DNA from: Candidatus Aenigmatarchaeota archaeon
Lineage (GTDB): Archaea; Aenigmatarchaeota; Aenigmatarchaeia; Aenigmatarchaeales; Aenigmatarchaeaceae
DNA: 64,000 bases
Direction: 5' to 3'
Assembly: GCA_043802485.1 (NCBI GenBank)
Contig: JAZDKZ010000005.1
Span: 15,485-79,484 of the forward strand
The position numbers and the translations under genes are program-made. Below the pieces are notes generated by a model. That model was not told the origin of the DNA and made no database searches. It saw nothing but the letters and a program-made list of their open reading frames with translations. Position 1 is the stretch's first letter; the number at the start of each line of letters is the position of its first letter. Shown here one piece after another: positions 17,118 through 26,749 of the stretch.

Positions 17118-20100
17118 TTATCCTATGTACCTTGCCTGATCGTCCATCTCTGTCTTCTTCAGGTTCTCGACAGCCTTTTTGTATTTGCACGCCGGGTCCT
17201 CAGTTATTGAAGGCTTTATTCTTTTTAAAGCTTTTTCAAAGTGCTTTGAGGCAACTTCCTTTGCATTCTTGTTCTCCCTCAAAGCGAACAGGGCTGCTTC
17301 CCTGACCAGAGCCTCGATGTCAGCTCCTGAGAACTTGTCAGTCTCCTTGGCAATCTTACCTAGGTTGACGCCTTTCAGCGGCATGTTCTTTGTGTGTATC
17401 TTCAGTATGTCTTCCCTAGTCTTTTCATCCGGAGCAGGAACATATATCAGCCTGTCGAACCTGCCTGGCCTTAGCAATGCCGAGTCCAGTATGTCCGGTC
17501 GGTTGGTTGTCGCGATGACAGAGACTCCTTCCATGTCCTCTATCCCTGACATCTCTGTCAGTAGTTGTGAAACCACCTGCTCGGTCACATGCGAACCAGA
17601 TGACATGCCCCTCTTAGGAGCCAGCGAGTCTATCTCGTCAAACAAAATTATGGCCGGAGCGACCTGCTTGGCCCTTCTGAAGACGTCCCTGACATGCTGC
17701 TCGGATTCTCCGACCCACTTGGAGTTGTGCAATAACATTGGTATGTTACCGCCAATAAAAGAGTGATGCTCCGTTTCAACATCATACATAATTTGCGCTT
17801 TTGTTTTGGCTTTCTTTACAACAGTCGTCCATAAGAAATCACCCTTTGCAATCATTTGTAAAGTTTTGAAATCTTTGTTTTGTTTTATTTCATCGGAAAC
17901 TTGTTTTTCGAATATCCGCATAATCCTCTGCAATCTCAGCAACCCTATTTTTCTCCTTCCCGAAATCACATGCTCAAACGAACCATCAGGAATCTCTTTA
18001 TCATATGTTAATCCAGATAGTTGTTTGATTTTTTTCAAAAGTGAAGCAACAGGTGGTATTTCATATTGTCCATTATATTCGTCTCTAACCTCACTATTGT
18101 CGTCAGTACCTAAAACTAGACTCTTAAATTTATGAAGTTCAAGTGCTCCTGATATTGTCAACATATACATGTCGTCTTTTCTTTTCCAGAACTTTGTTTT
18201 AATGCCTAAAATTGTAGTCAGATATGCAATCCCCTCTGTAAGTGACTTGGATTTTGAGCTGTATTCTATCTTGGTTTGGGAAATTGAACCGTCGCCTCTA
18301 TACACTGCTTTGAGGAAAGAGGTTATTACATCTTTTGTTGATTTGGCGATTATTGAAGGGCATTTTATATTATGTGATTTCTTCTCGCCAAGGGGTTGGT
18401 CTAAAAGTTGTTCTAAATATTTAACCAGCGGCATGGAATAAACGATAATTCTATCTTTGTATACTGTAATTCTGCTTCCATCAACAAACTGCTTAAACAG
18501 CTTGATAATCTCATTTTGGTTTGCTTTATTGTAATTGCAGATTGTGACAGCTTCTTCAGAGACATTGCCTTCAGAGACAAACCATCCTAAGAATGCAGCT
18601 AGATTTTTTGTCAAGTATTTTGGCAGGCGTGTTGTTGTGTTTGTTGAAAATATCTTTACATAATATGCATCGTTGTCCTCCTTGACGAGTCTTAGGTGCT
18701 CGTACTTTGGCAGAGGAATCTGAACTACCTTATCAAGCGTATCCAATCTACAGGGATAAGAAACGTAATCCCCTTCCTTGATTTCAGACATCTTGATCCA
18801 TTGGACATATCCATTTCTATAAACAAGTAATGGTTGGTTTGCTGAACCTGTTAATTCTGAGTTGTTTTTCAATTCAATATGGTATGCATCTTTCACGAAA
18901 AGCTTGTGCATCGTCTTTACCTGCGTCTTGACAGCTTCTCCGTTATCACCAATTGCAAACGTATAAACAGGCTGAGTTAGTTTTCTGACCTCATAATTTT
19001 CATTTTTCTCAATAAGCTTTGAAATTGGTGTAATATTTTCATAAAACCTTTCAATTGGAATTGTACCACAATGATTTGTCAAAATCTTTGTGTCTGGAGA
19101 AACACACAACAACTCAGGTCCCTTTATTGAAATGAAGTTCACCCCTGCCTCGTTCGCTAGTGCTTTCACAACATAAGTCTTGCCGCATCCTGCCGGACCG
19201 TACAATAAAATTCCTCTGGGCGGCCTGATGCCCACTCGTTTGAAGCTCTCTGGATTTTCCAAAGGCCATATGACAGACTCCTTCAATGCCTCCTTGACAT
19301 CGTCCAGTCCTCCCACTTCATCCCATTTTACCTTCGGGATCTCGATGAGGACTTCCCTCATGGCAGACGGCTGGACTATTCTAAGCGCATAGTCGAAATC
19401 ATCTGCCTTTACCTTGAGCTTTTCTAAAACATCTTTCGGTATGGGCTCGTCCTCTTTCAGTGTGGAGATGGTCGGTATCACCCTTCTCAGGGCATGCATT
19501 GCAGCCTCCTTTGCAAGACCGGCAATGTCAGCACCTACGTAACCATACGTTACTTCGGCCAATTTGTCAAGGTCAACGCCCTTTTCCAAAGGCATGTAAC
19601 GGCTGTGTATCTGCAGTATCTCCTTCCTGCCCTTTTTATTCGGTACAGGAATCTCTATCTCCCTGTCAAACCTTCCTGACCTTCTCAGGGCAGGGTCCAA
19701 GGCGTTGACGCGGTTCGTTGCTGCTATGACGATGACTCTTCCTCTGGACTTTAGACCGTCCATCAGTGTCAGCAGTTGGGAAACAGTCCTTCTCTCAACC
19801 TCGCCTGTAACCTGCTCCCTGTTCGGAGCTATCGCGTCAATCTCATCAATGAAAATAATGCTTGGCGCTGACTTTTCAGCCTCGTCGAAAACCTTTCTCA
19901 GGTTCTGCTCTGTCTGGCCGTACCATTTGGAAAATATCTCAGGGCCTGCCAGTGAGATGAAATGAGCTCCCGACTCGTTGGCAACAGCCTTTGCTATCAG
20001 AGTTTTTCCAGTTCCGGGCGGGCCGTGCAGCAGAACTCCTTTCGGCGGCTCGATGCCCAACCTTTCAAACACCTCAGGCCTTCTCAGCGGCACCTCAATC

Positions 20101-20762
20101 ATCTCCCTTATCTTGGGAACTATCTCGCCCAAACCGCCAATGTCCTCATAAGTAACTGTAGGCATTTTCTCCTCTGATATCTCGACAGCCTCCGGCAGCA
20201 TCTCGACCTCGGTCATCTCAGTTATCTTCGTGATGCCGTCAGGACTGGTCTTGACTACTACAAGACGCATCTCTGTTCCCATGGGCAGGAAAACCTCCTG
20301 TATGTCTATGCCAAAGAACTGCGAAAAGACGTCGTCGCCTCTAGATTTTGTCTTGAACACAGGAGACGTGGTTATGATGTCACCCTTTGCCATGGGTCGC
20401 ATGAAAAGATTCTGCTTAATCAAATTAGGCGAGATGTGCAGCATGATTCCCTGCTGCGCAGGAGCCAATGTAACCTTCTTGGCCTCCTTTGCTTCAGCCT
20501 TCCTGACAGTGACAAACTCGCCTATGGTAGCGTTACAGTTCTTCCTTACCAGTCCATCCACTCTTAATATGTTAAGCCCTATGTCAGCAGGATAGCTTCT
20601 TATCGCGACGACTCCTGTCTTTCTCTTGCCCTCTATCTCGAGAATTTCGCCTTCATTTACTCCCAGCTTCTTCATTATTTTCGAATCAATCCTGGCAATG
20701 CCCCTTCCGAAATCCTCCCTGCCTGTAAGCTCCCCAACTTTTAGTTTTATATCATCAGCCAT
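17118..20762 (-). CDS. cdc48: CDC48/VAT AAA+ ATPase (753 aa after splicing) containing an intein; C-terminus RYIG
   Basis: N-domain; D1 [16 protein letters not shown]2 [17 protein letters not shown] motifs ALRRSGRFD and ALLRPGRFD. Confidence 0.95.
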   Translation of the reverse strand: MADDIKLKVGELTGREDFGRGIARIDSKIMKKLGVNEGEILEIEGKRKTGVVAIRSYPADIGLNILRVDGLVRKNCNATIGEFVTVRKAEAKEAKKVTLAPAQQGIMLHISPNLIKQNLFMRPMAKGDIITTSPVFKTKSRGDDVFSQFFGIDIQEVFLPMGTEMRLVVVKTSPDGITKITEMTEVEMLPEAVEISEEKMPTVTYEDIGGLGEIVPKIREMIEVPLRRPEVFERLGIEPPKGVLLHGPPGTGKTLIAKAVANESGAHFISLAGPEIFSKWYGQTEQNLRKVFDEAEKSAPSIIFIDEIDAIAPNREQVTGEVERRTVSQLLTLMDGLKSRGRVIVIAATNRVNALDPALRRSGRFDREIEIPVPNKKGRKEILQIHSRYMPLEKGVDLDKLAEVTYGYVGADIAGLAKEAAMHALRRVIPTISTLKEDEPIPKDVLEKLKVKADDFDYALRIVQPSAMREVLIEIPKVKWDEVGGLDDVKEALKESVIWPLENPESFKRVGIRPPRGILLYGPAGCGKTYVVKALANEAGVNFISIKGPELLCVSPDTKILTNHCGTIPIERFYENITPISKLIEKNENYEVRKLTQPVYTFAIGDNGEAVKTQVKTMHKLFVKDAYHIELKNNSELTGSANQPLLVYRNGYVQWIKMSEIKEGDYVSYPCRLDTLDKVVQIPLPKYEHLRLVKEDNDAYYVKIFSTNTTTRLPKYLTKNLAAFLGWFVSEGNVSEEAVTICNYNKANQNEIIKLFKQFVDGSRITVYKDRIIVYSMPLVKYLEQLLDQPLGEKKSHNIKCPSIIAKSTKDVITSFLKAVYRGDGSISQTKIEYSSKSKSLTEGIAYLTTILGIKTKFWKRKDDMYMLTISGALELHKFKSLVLGTDDNSEVRDEYNGQYEIPPVASLLKKIKQLSGLTYDKEIPDGSFEHVISGRRKIGLLRLQRIMRIFEKQVSDEIKQNKDFKTLQMIAKGDFLWTTVVKKAKTKAQIMYDVETEHHSFIGGNIPMLLHNSKWVGESEQHVRDVFRRAKQVAPAIILFDEIDSLAPKRGMSSGSHVTEQVVSQLLTEMSGIEDMEGVSVIATTNRPDILDSALLRPGRFDRLIYVPAPDEKTREDILKIHTKNMPLKGVNLGKIAKETDKFSGADIEALVREAALFALRENKNAKEVASKHFEKALKRIKPSITEDPACKYKKAVENLKKTEMDDQARYIG
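17724..19106 (-). mobile_element. 461-aa intein with LAGLIDADG homing endonuclease in the CDC48 D2 domain
   Basis: Interrupts [15 protein letters not shown]; begins with Cys (CVSPDT), ends MYDVET.HHSFIG....LHN followed by Ser; endonuclease blocks [12 protein letters not shown] and [11 protein letters not shown]. Confidence 0.95.
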
Positions 20763-20772
20763 AAAATCACCC

Positions 20773-21114
20773 TTATTGTTTTAACTCCTCTTCCTCCTTT
20801 TTATCTAGCAGAACGGGAAATGTCTTCAGCTCTACCTTGTCATCCCATTCGTCGAAAAAGCTCATCATCCTCTTCATGTGCTCCATGGCAACTATGAAGA
20901 CCGAATCAGCAACTTTAATATGAGGAATTTCCTCTAATAAACCTTCCTTCTGATAAACATACCTCTTGGAATGCCTGAAAACGACCTGCCTCCTGCCGTG
21001 CAGCTGCCAGTAAAATCGGTTCCTTTCCGATGCAGAGTCAAACTTTTCCTTGACCGTGTCAAAGCTTATCAGGACAGCCGTCTTGCCATCTGTCTTCTTT
21101 ATCTCAATCCTCAT
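20773..21114 (-). CDS. Cas2/VapD-like ferredoxin-fold protein, first gene of the cdc48 operon
   Basis: LISFD resembles Cas2 'lv.YD'/VapD 'IAFD'; VADSVFIV resembles Cas2 'vQ.SVF'. Confidence 0.55.
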   Translation of the reverse strand: MRIEIKKTDGKTAVLISFDTVKEKFDSASERNRFYWQLHGRRQVVFRHSKRYVYQKEGLLEEIPHIKVADSVFIVAMEHMKRMMSFFDEWDDKVELKTFPVLLDKKEEEELKQ

Positions 21115-21139
21115 AGTTAGTATATATGTATATCTAAAA

Positions 21140-21147
21140 TATATAAA
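21140..21147 (-). promoter_or_regulatory. TATA box candidate for the cdc48 operon
   Basis: TTTATATA on the minus strand about 25 nt upstream of ATG 21114. Confidence 0.5.
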
Positions 21148-21184
21148 GATAACTGTTTAAATTTTTTCATCTTCCGTTATTAGT

Positions 21185-21634
21185 ATGAAAAAATATGGGG
21201 CGTCTTATAGCACACTGCCAAAAAACGATAGAAACAGGCTGGAACTGATAGACGCTGCCGAATATCTAAAGGGCCTTTTTGACGGCATTGAGAGAAAGGA
21301 GGTCCTATGGGTAGATGCAAGTGATAAAGATTTCTGTAGATATTTGAAGGGGAATTCGCAAGGCGAGAAGGTTAGGATAATTGGCGGCTACAAATACGGC
21401 TCTGGACAGAACAAAATGATTATGAAGAGTCTTGTCGTGTTAGCAGAGAACAACGGCCTTCGAAAAGCAATGCATGGGGAAGATTTCAAATTTATGGTTT
21501 CAGCAAACGAGTCATTTGACAGAAGTAATGTTAACTTTTGGCTTAAAGGCAAAAGCGCTAAAAAAATACTTGAAATAAACAATATGACCAATAAAGTAAA
21601 GCTGAGATATCCTATAACAGGGGTTCTGAAGTAG
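21185..21634 (+). CDS. hypothetical protein
   Basis: 149-aa ATG-initiated ORF filling the gap; no recognised motif. Confidence 0.6.
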   Translation: MKKYGASYSTLPKNDRNRLELIDAAEYLKGLFDGIERKEVLWVDASDKDFCRYLKGNSQGEKVRIIGGYKYGSGQNKMIMKSLVVLAENNGLRKAMHGEDFKFMVSANESFDRSNVNFWLKGKSAKKILEINNMTNKVKLRYPITGVLK

Positions 21635-21667
21635 TAATAAATTTTTAACATTGCAATATTGATTAAT

Positions 21668-22345
21668 ATGAAAAACATTTCTTTAGAGATCAAAAGGGGG
21701 AACATAGCGTACCAGAATGTGGATTCGTCTATCAATTCTTCTAACGGTTATTGTATACACGGCTCTGGAACCGCAAAACAATTTAGAGAGGTATGTGGTT
21801 ATCTGCCCGTAGGTGATACGTCTTACCAGAGCTTGGTCGACAAGGCAAAACATCCCTTGGATAAAGTTTTAGCTTATGTCAACAATGTAAGGCCAAGACC
21901 GTCCGTATTTCAGAAAGAATGCCTTGAACACATAATAGATGTTAGAGATTCCAAGCCTCTGGAATTAGGTGATGCACTTGTCACGTCCAGCGGAGACCTG
22001 GCAAAAGTACCGAAAAAGGCAAAATATATTATCAACGCAATAGGTATGGATTATAGCTGGGAAAAAGAACCGCCTGCTGTAATCAAGGCAACACACAATT
22101 CTGTCAGGGACTCGCTGATAAAGTGTTTTGACATAGCAAACAGAAAAAAGTGCAAAAGCGTTGCAATGCCCATAATGTGCACGTCGAAAGGCGGGATGAG
22201 CCTAGAAGAAAGCCTTTACGCTTCAAATGAAGCTTTGCAAGCACTGGATATGACAACCAGCTATGTCACAAAGGTTGTAATAGTTCTCCACAGCAAGGAG
22301 CTGTTAAAGGAAGAGAAAGTAATCAGGGATTTTTTCAAGTTATAG
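21668..22345 (+). CDS. macrodomain protein (divergent)
   Basis: GNIA..VD..INSSN....HGSG.A, LGDALVT.SGDL, AKYIINA, SVAMP.MCT..GG correspond to the macro motifs GDI, NAAN, GGG, P.igTG. Confidence 0.8.
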   Translation: MKNISLEIKRGNIAYQNVDSSINSSNGYCIHGSGTAKQFREVCGYLPVGDTSYQSLVDKAKHPLDKVLAYVNNVRPRPSVFQKECLEHIIDVRDSKPLELGDALVTSSGDLAKVPKKAKYIINAIGMDYSWEKEPPAVIKATHNSVRDSLIKCFDIANRKKCKSVAMPIMCTSKGGMSLEESLYASNEALQALDMTTSYVTKVVIVLHSKELLKEEKVIRDFFKL

Positions 22346-22853
22346 ATATTCCCAAATCATTAACAGTCAATATGGTTCTAAGCTCTATGTCCGCTTTGCC
22401 GAGATTCTGCACGGCACCCTCGCACCTGTCAACAATCCCTCTGGCCTTCTCGTCCTCAATGTAGGGATATGCTTGTCTTAACAGAGCACTACACTTTAGA
22501 ACAGTGCCTCCTTTGGTGAAAATATCATCAAAGTAACACACGTTATTTTTAACAAGCTTGCCTTTTATGTCTCCTGTATGTGGGTTGATGCTGATTATAT
22601 CTCTTTTGGCTATTTCTGCAACCATCTTGGCAAACTCGTTTCCTCCTGTCACGATGCCCACAATATCATAAGTTTTTCCATTCTCTATTTCCTGAAACAT
22701 CTCATAGCCTCGTTTGCAAAGAATTTCCCTTGCTTCCCTGTTCTTGAAAAGGGGGTCGCAAAACACCTTGTATTTGGAAGTTCCGCCAGAAGCAAGCTTG
22801 AACCCTTCATTAGAATATTTAATGCATTCAAGTTCATGGAACAATTGTTTCAA
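22335..22853 (-). CDS. pyrE: orotate phosphoribosyltransferase-like (divergent)
   Basis: FKLASG..S.Y, PRPP loop DDIFTKGGT, IVDR.EGA; adjacent to pyrD. Confidence 0.7.
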   Translation of the reverse strand: MKQLFHELECIKYSNEGFKLASGGTSKYKVFCDPLFKNREAREILCKRGYEMFQEIENGKTYDIVGIVTGGNEFAKMVAEIAKRDIISINPHTGDIKGKLVKNNVCYFDDIFTKGGTVLKCSALLRQAYPYIEDEKARGIVDRCEGAVQNLGKADIELRTILTVNDLGISIT

Positions 22854-22872
22854 TCTTTCGTTTATCGTAACA

Positions 22873-23703
22873 TCACAATCCTTTCATTACGTTCTTGACA
22901 AAATCATCTATTGTTTTGTATTCGGCCAGGCCTGAACCTAGCTGGTAGGCGTTTGCCCCAACACCTTCGAATCTCTTGACATCATATGAGCCGACTATCC
23001 CACCGCTGGCAATTATCGGAAGCTTTGTTAGTTTTCTTATGTTTCTGACTTGGAAAAGAGACATGTGATGTATCGAATGGCCTGACTGACCACCTATTAT
23101 GATGTACCTTTTCAGTTCAGGTGAATAGTCCATTGCACCTACACTGTTCATAGAGGTTATTCCGTCCATTCCTGTATCCTCTATCACTCCTACGACGTCT
23201 CTCAGCTTTTCATAGTCGCTAGAATAATAGGGAAGCTTGACAAATATGGGCTTGTCAGTCGACTTTCTTGTCTTCTTCAGAACATCCTTAAGGACTTTTG
23301 TTTTGAAACCAATCCTATAACCGCCATAGTTTGAATGGGAACACGACACATTCAGTTCAAACGCATCACAAACCTTTTCAGTCTTTCTAGCCAGAAAAGA
23401 GAACTCTTTCCCATCCATTCCAAGCAACTGGTTTATTAGGGGGATTTCAAATTCATACTCCTCTCTCTCCATAATGAAATGTTTATGACCTGGGCTGGGA
23501 TTCTTCATGCAGTTGAGAATAAGACCGTGATACGGGTTTGTCGCTTTGACCCCACTGCCGCCATAATTCTCGTACACTGTGGTGCCTTTTGTCACCACTG
23601 CTCCAACACCAGACCTTTCCCAAACTTTCAACATATCAAAATTAGAACATATGCCAGAACCGTTCATCAAAGGATTTTTCAGTTCAAGGCCGGCCAACTT
23701 CAT
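22873..23703 (-). CDS. pyrD: dihydroorotate dehydrogenase family 1, catalytic subunit (divergent)
   Basis: LKNPLMNGSG, GAVVTK, ELNVSC, P.FVKL, NS, GG.SG, PIIASGGI, GANAYQLG. Confidence 0.8.
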   Translation of the reverse strand: MKLAGLELKNPLMNGSGICSNFDMLKVWERSGVGAVVTKGTTVYENYGGSGVKATNPYHGLILNCMKNPSPGHKHFIMEREEYEFEIPLINQLLGMDGKEFSFLARKTEKVCDAFELNVSCSHSNYGGYRIGFKTKVLKDVLKKTRKSTDKPIFVKLPYYSSDYEKLRDVVGVIEDTGMDGITSMNSVGAMDYSPELKRYIIIGGQSGHSIHHMSLFQVRNIRKLTKLPIIASGGIVGSYDVKRFEGVGANAYQLGSGLAEYKTIDDFVKNVMKGL

Positions 23704-23762
23704 TGCTATCACACTACAATGAGTTACAAAAAGATATATACATTACTCTCAAATTGTTAATC

Positions 23763-24029
23763 ATGCTGTTCCTGCTTGGCATCCTGGACATTCTTGGAGG
23801 AATCTTCATGTTCTTCCCAGGATCGATAGCCTTCTTCCTGGGAATACTGATACTCCTGAAAGGGGTTTCATCGATGTTAGGAATGCTCACCGGAGATCTG
23901 GGAGTGATAATCATGGGCATACTTGACCTGATAACGGGAATAGCGCTGGTATTCGGTTTCTTCGTCCCGTGGCTCTGGCTGCTGATGGTAATCAAGGGCG
24001 CATATTCTCTGGTAGCAGGACTGAGTTAA
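23763..24029 (+). CDS. small hydrophobic membrane protein with internal repeat
   Basis: Repeated GILD....G and L.KG..S helices. Confidence 0.7.
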   Translation: MLFLLGILDILGGIFMFFPGSIAFFLGILILLKGVSSMLGMLTGDLGVIIMGILDLITGIALVFGFFVPWLWLLMVIKGAYSLVAGLS

Positions 24030-24034
24030 GAGTT

Positions 24035-26227
24035 TTATTTCTTCTTGGAGAATTTTCTGGGCTTGCCCCAGTTGGCCTTTGTCTCGCATGTAGTCTCAAG
24101 GCACATCTTGAACGGCCTTCTGCCCTTTCTGTAAACCATTATTATCGGGGTCTTGCACTTGTAACATGTCTTGCCAGTCCTCTGTATTGACGAGCCGCCG
24201 GGCAGGGGATAGGTCCTGCTGCAGGAGGGTTGCCAATCCTTCTCCCTCCAGCCGCATTTGCATCTGCCCTTCTGCTTACCGCACTTGGGGCACTTACACT
24301 TGCATTCGGTCTTTGATAGGCCACAGACCTTGCACTTTGACCAGCTGTCGCAACCGACGAACATTTTTTTGGTCAGCGGACTGTACATCATCTTGAGCAC
24401 GCCTCCACATGAAGGGCAGACACCCAATACAGACATGTCATTCTGTGTCTTCAGTATCGCTTCACCTAATTCCTTGCCTATCTCGTCTTCGTGTTCTCTG
24501 AATTCATCACATATTTTGTTCAGTGATTTCTTGGCCTTGTTAAGAACCGTCTGGCTTTTTATCTTTCCATTAGCTATCTTCTCGATGTCCTTTTCAAAAG
24601 TCCTGGTCAGCTTCTCGTCAACAAAATCAGGAACATAGTTCTCCAAAGCGTTAGCCACCTTCATGCCAAGGGTGGTTACCTTGATGCTCTTTCCTAGAAT
24701 ATAATCCCTGTCATAGAGGGTCTGCAGAATGTTGGCTCGGGTAGCCCTTGTGCCTAATCCTCTTTTCTCCATCTCCTTTATTATCGATGCCTGGGAATAC
24801 CGGGAAGGCGGTGTTGTCTCTTTTCTCATCATCTCCAAGGCTTTGATGTCCAACTTGTCGCCTTTCTTGATGTTCGGAAAAATAATTTCCTCGAACCTTG
24901 CGTAAGGCATGTAGAACTCAATCCAGCCTTTCTCAACAGTCCTTGTCCCGGATGCAAGGAACTTGTTTTTGTTGACGTCAATGATTATTTTTTCTGTCTC
25001 CCTTACAGCAGGCTCACCGAAGCAGGAGAAGTATCTCCTGCATATAAGGTCGTAGATTCTCTGGGCAGGGATGCCCATCTTCCTCTTTGGCGGCTCCACT
25101 GTCGGGTGTATTGCCTCGTGCGCAGGGTCTGTCCTCTTGCCCTCTGTGGGGTTCAAAATTTTCATTGCCAGGAGCTTTTTGCAAATCTTGCTGTAATTCT
25201 TTAACTTTGAAAGGGCTTTCAGTATCTCGCTGTAGCCGATTTGAGGGGGCAGCTTCTCCGAAGAAGTCCTTGGGTAGGATATGTAGGCGCTGGTATAGAG
25301 CTTCTGGGCAATCTTTAAGGTCTGCTGCGGCGAATAGCCGAACAGTCTGTAAGCTTCGGTCTGCAGGGAGGTTATGTTGAAGGGCGCTGGAGGATTCAGC
25401 CTGTACTTTTTCTTCTCTACAGAATCAACAATAGCAGGCTTGTCCTTACAAGATTCGAATATCTTCTTTGCCTTTTCCTCCTCCCATATCTTGTCCTCCT
25501 CGTAGATAGCGACAATCTCCATTCCGTCTTTGATAAGCAGTAGTTGCAGTTGCCAATAAGGGATTGGCTTGAACTCTTGTATCTCTTTCTCTCTGTTGGC
25601 GAGCATTGTCAATGTGGGTCCCTGAACCCTGCCAGCAGAGACTATGGAGAATCTTTGCGAGAATTTTTTCGCAGCCAGCGTCAACGCTCGGGTGATTGAC
25701 ATGCCGTAATAGTAATCTAGAAAGTGCCTTGTTATTCCTGACTCGATGTTGCCATCGTCGAGATGGGGAGACATCTCATCATATGCCTTCACTAAATCCT
25801 GCTTTGTCAGGGTGGAGAACTTCATCCTGCCAGCGTCCTTCTTGTTGAATATGAACCTGATAATGTTAGCAGCTATGACTGATCCTTCAGTATCGTAGTC
25901 TGTGGCGCTCACCAGTTCCAGATCCTTCTGCTTTGCCACTTCCTCTATTGTCCTGTAATACCTCTCTGTGAAGGCGGCTGTCTTGTTGGTTTTGAAAGTA
26001 GGCAACCATTCCACATCAAAAATAGGATAGGTCCATCCTTTACCTATCTGCTTCAGGCCGAACAGATGACCGACTGCTGAAACGACGATATGGGTCTTAC
26101 CGTTCCTCTCAAACTCATAGTAGTCGACCCTGTACCTGCCAGTCCTCTTCTTCAAACCTTTCTCGGCAAGCGCCTTTGCTATACGCTCCATAGCATCTGG
26201 CTTTTCTGCTATTATTACGACTGTCAT
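24035..26227 (-). CDS. topA: DNA topoisomerase IA
   Basis: IAEKP, GHL, ATDYDTEG, SAGRVQ.P, catalytic ISYPRT, AHEAIHPT, GLGT.ATR, C-terminal Zn ribbons. Confidence 0.96.
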   Translation of the reverse strand: MTVVIIAEKPDAMERIAKALAEKGLKKRTGRYRVDYYEFERNGKTHIVVSAVGHLFGLKQIGKGWTYPIFDVEWLPTFKTNKTAAFTERYYRTIEEVAKQKDLELVSATDYDTEGSVIAANIIRFIFNKKDAGRMKFSTLTKQDLVKAYDEMSPHLDDGNIESGITRHFLDYYYGMSITRALTLAAKKFSQRFSIVSAGRVQGPTLTMLANREKEIQEFKPIPYWQLQLLLIKDGMEIVAIYEEDKIWEEEKAKKIFESCKDKPAIVDSVEKKKYRLNPPAPFNITSLQTEAYRLFGYSPQQTLKIAQKLYTSAYISYPRTSSEKLPPQIGYSEILKALSKLKNYSKICKKLLAMKILNPTEGKRTDPAHEAIHPTVEPPKRKMGIPAQRIYDLICRRYFSCFGEPAVRETEKIIIDVNKNKFLASGTRTVEKGWIEFYMPYARFEEIIFPNIKKGDKLDIKALEMMRKETTPPSRYSQASIIKEMEKRGLGTRATRANILQTLYDRDYILGKSIKVTTLGMKVANALENYVPDFVDEKLTRTFEKDIEKIANGKIKSQTVLNKAKKSLNKICDEFREHEDEIGKELGEAILKTQNDMSVLGVCPSCGGVLKMMYSPLTKKMFVGCDSWSKCKVCGLSKTECKCKCPKCGKQKGRCKCGWREKDWQPSCSRTYPLPGGSSIQRTGKTCYKCKTPIIMVYRKGRRPFKMCLETTCETKANWGKPRKFSKKK

Positions 26228-26283
26228 AGAAACCGTTCAGAATATAGATTATGTTCGAAACTTAAAAGGTTTTTTGACTATAG

Positions 26284-26311
26284 TGTGGAGGGCAGGATTT
26301 GAACTAGCGAA
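26284..26311 (-). other. degenerate tRNA 3'-end fragment (T-arm plus acceptor strand); possible att remnant
   Basis: Minus strand TTCGCTAGTTCAAATCCTGCCCTCCACA contains GTTCAAATC T-loop plus 3' acceptor strand; no 5' half nearby. Confidence 0.6.
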
Positions 26312-26313
26312 CA

Positions 26314-26745
26314 TCAACCCAAAGTCACTAAGATAGCGCCAACGACCATCAAGGCGGTTCCTATCGATATTTTCAAACTGATTTTCTCCCCTAGTACTAG
26401 GAAAGCCAGTATTATGACAAAAACTATGCTCAACCTGTCTATCGGAGCAACCTGAGACACTTTACCTATCTTTAGAGCTAGGAAATAGAATAGCCATGAC
26501 AACGCGCCTGCAATACCGCTCAAGAATATGTAAGATAACGCCTTTGTGTTGGAAAATATTGTTGCAACGTTCTCGACCTTCCCTGTGAAGGCTATAACTA
26601 AGACAAGAAGCCCAAACATTATACCTGCCCTTATCATCGTGGCCGTGTTGGCATCAATTCCTTCCAAACCGATTTTACCAAATATAGCTACAATGGCTGC
26701 AAAAACCGCTGACAGTACCGCAAATATCAGCCATGTATAATCCAT
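26314..26745 (-). CDS. EamA/DMT family transporter (single EamA domain)
   Basis: A.LSA.FAA...IF.K.G, LSG.AGALSWLFYF.AL..G.VS.VAPID.LS, LGEK. Confidence 0.9.
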   Translation of the reverse strand: MDYTWLIFAVLSAVFAAIVAIFGKIGLEGIDANTATMIRAGIMFGLLVLVIAFTGKVENVATIFSNTKALSYIFLSGIAGALSWLFYFLALKIGKVSQVAPIDRLSIVFVIILAFLVLGEKISLKISIGTALMVVGAILVTLG

Positions 26746-26749
26746 AATA

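Noticed and set aside
21118..21136. Palindromic operator between the TATA box and the cdc48 operon start
   Set aside because: Only imperfect symmetry in an AT-alternating tract; expected by chance.
20773..21184. CRISPR-Cas locus suggested by the Cas2-like gene
   Set aside because: No cas1 or other cas genes and no repeat-spacer array seen in the window.
26284..26311. Intact tRNA gene
   Set aside because: Only the 3' ~28 nt are present, the upstream sequence is EamA coding, and the T-stem is mismatched.
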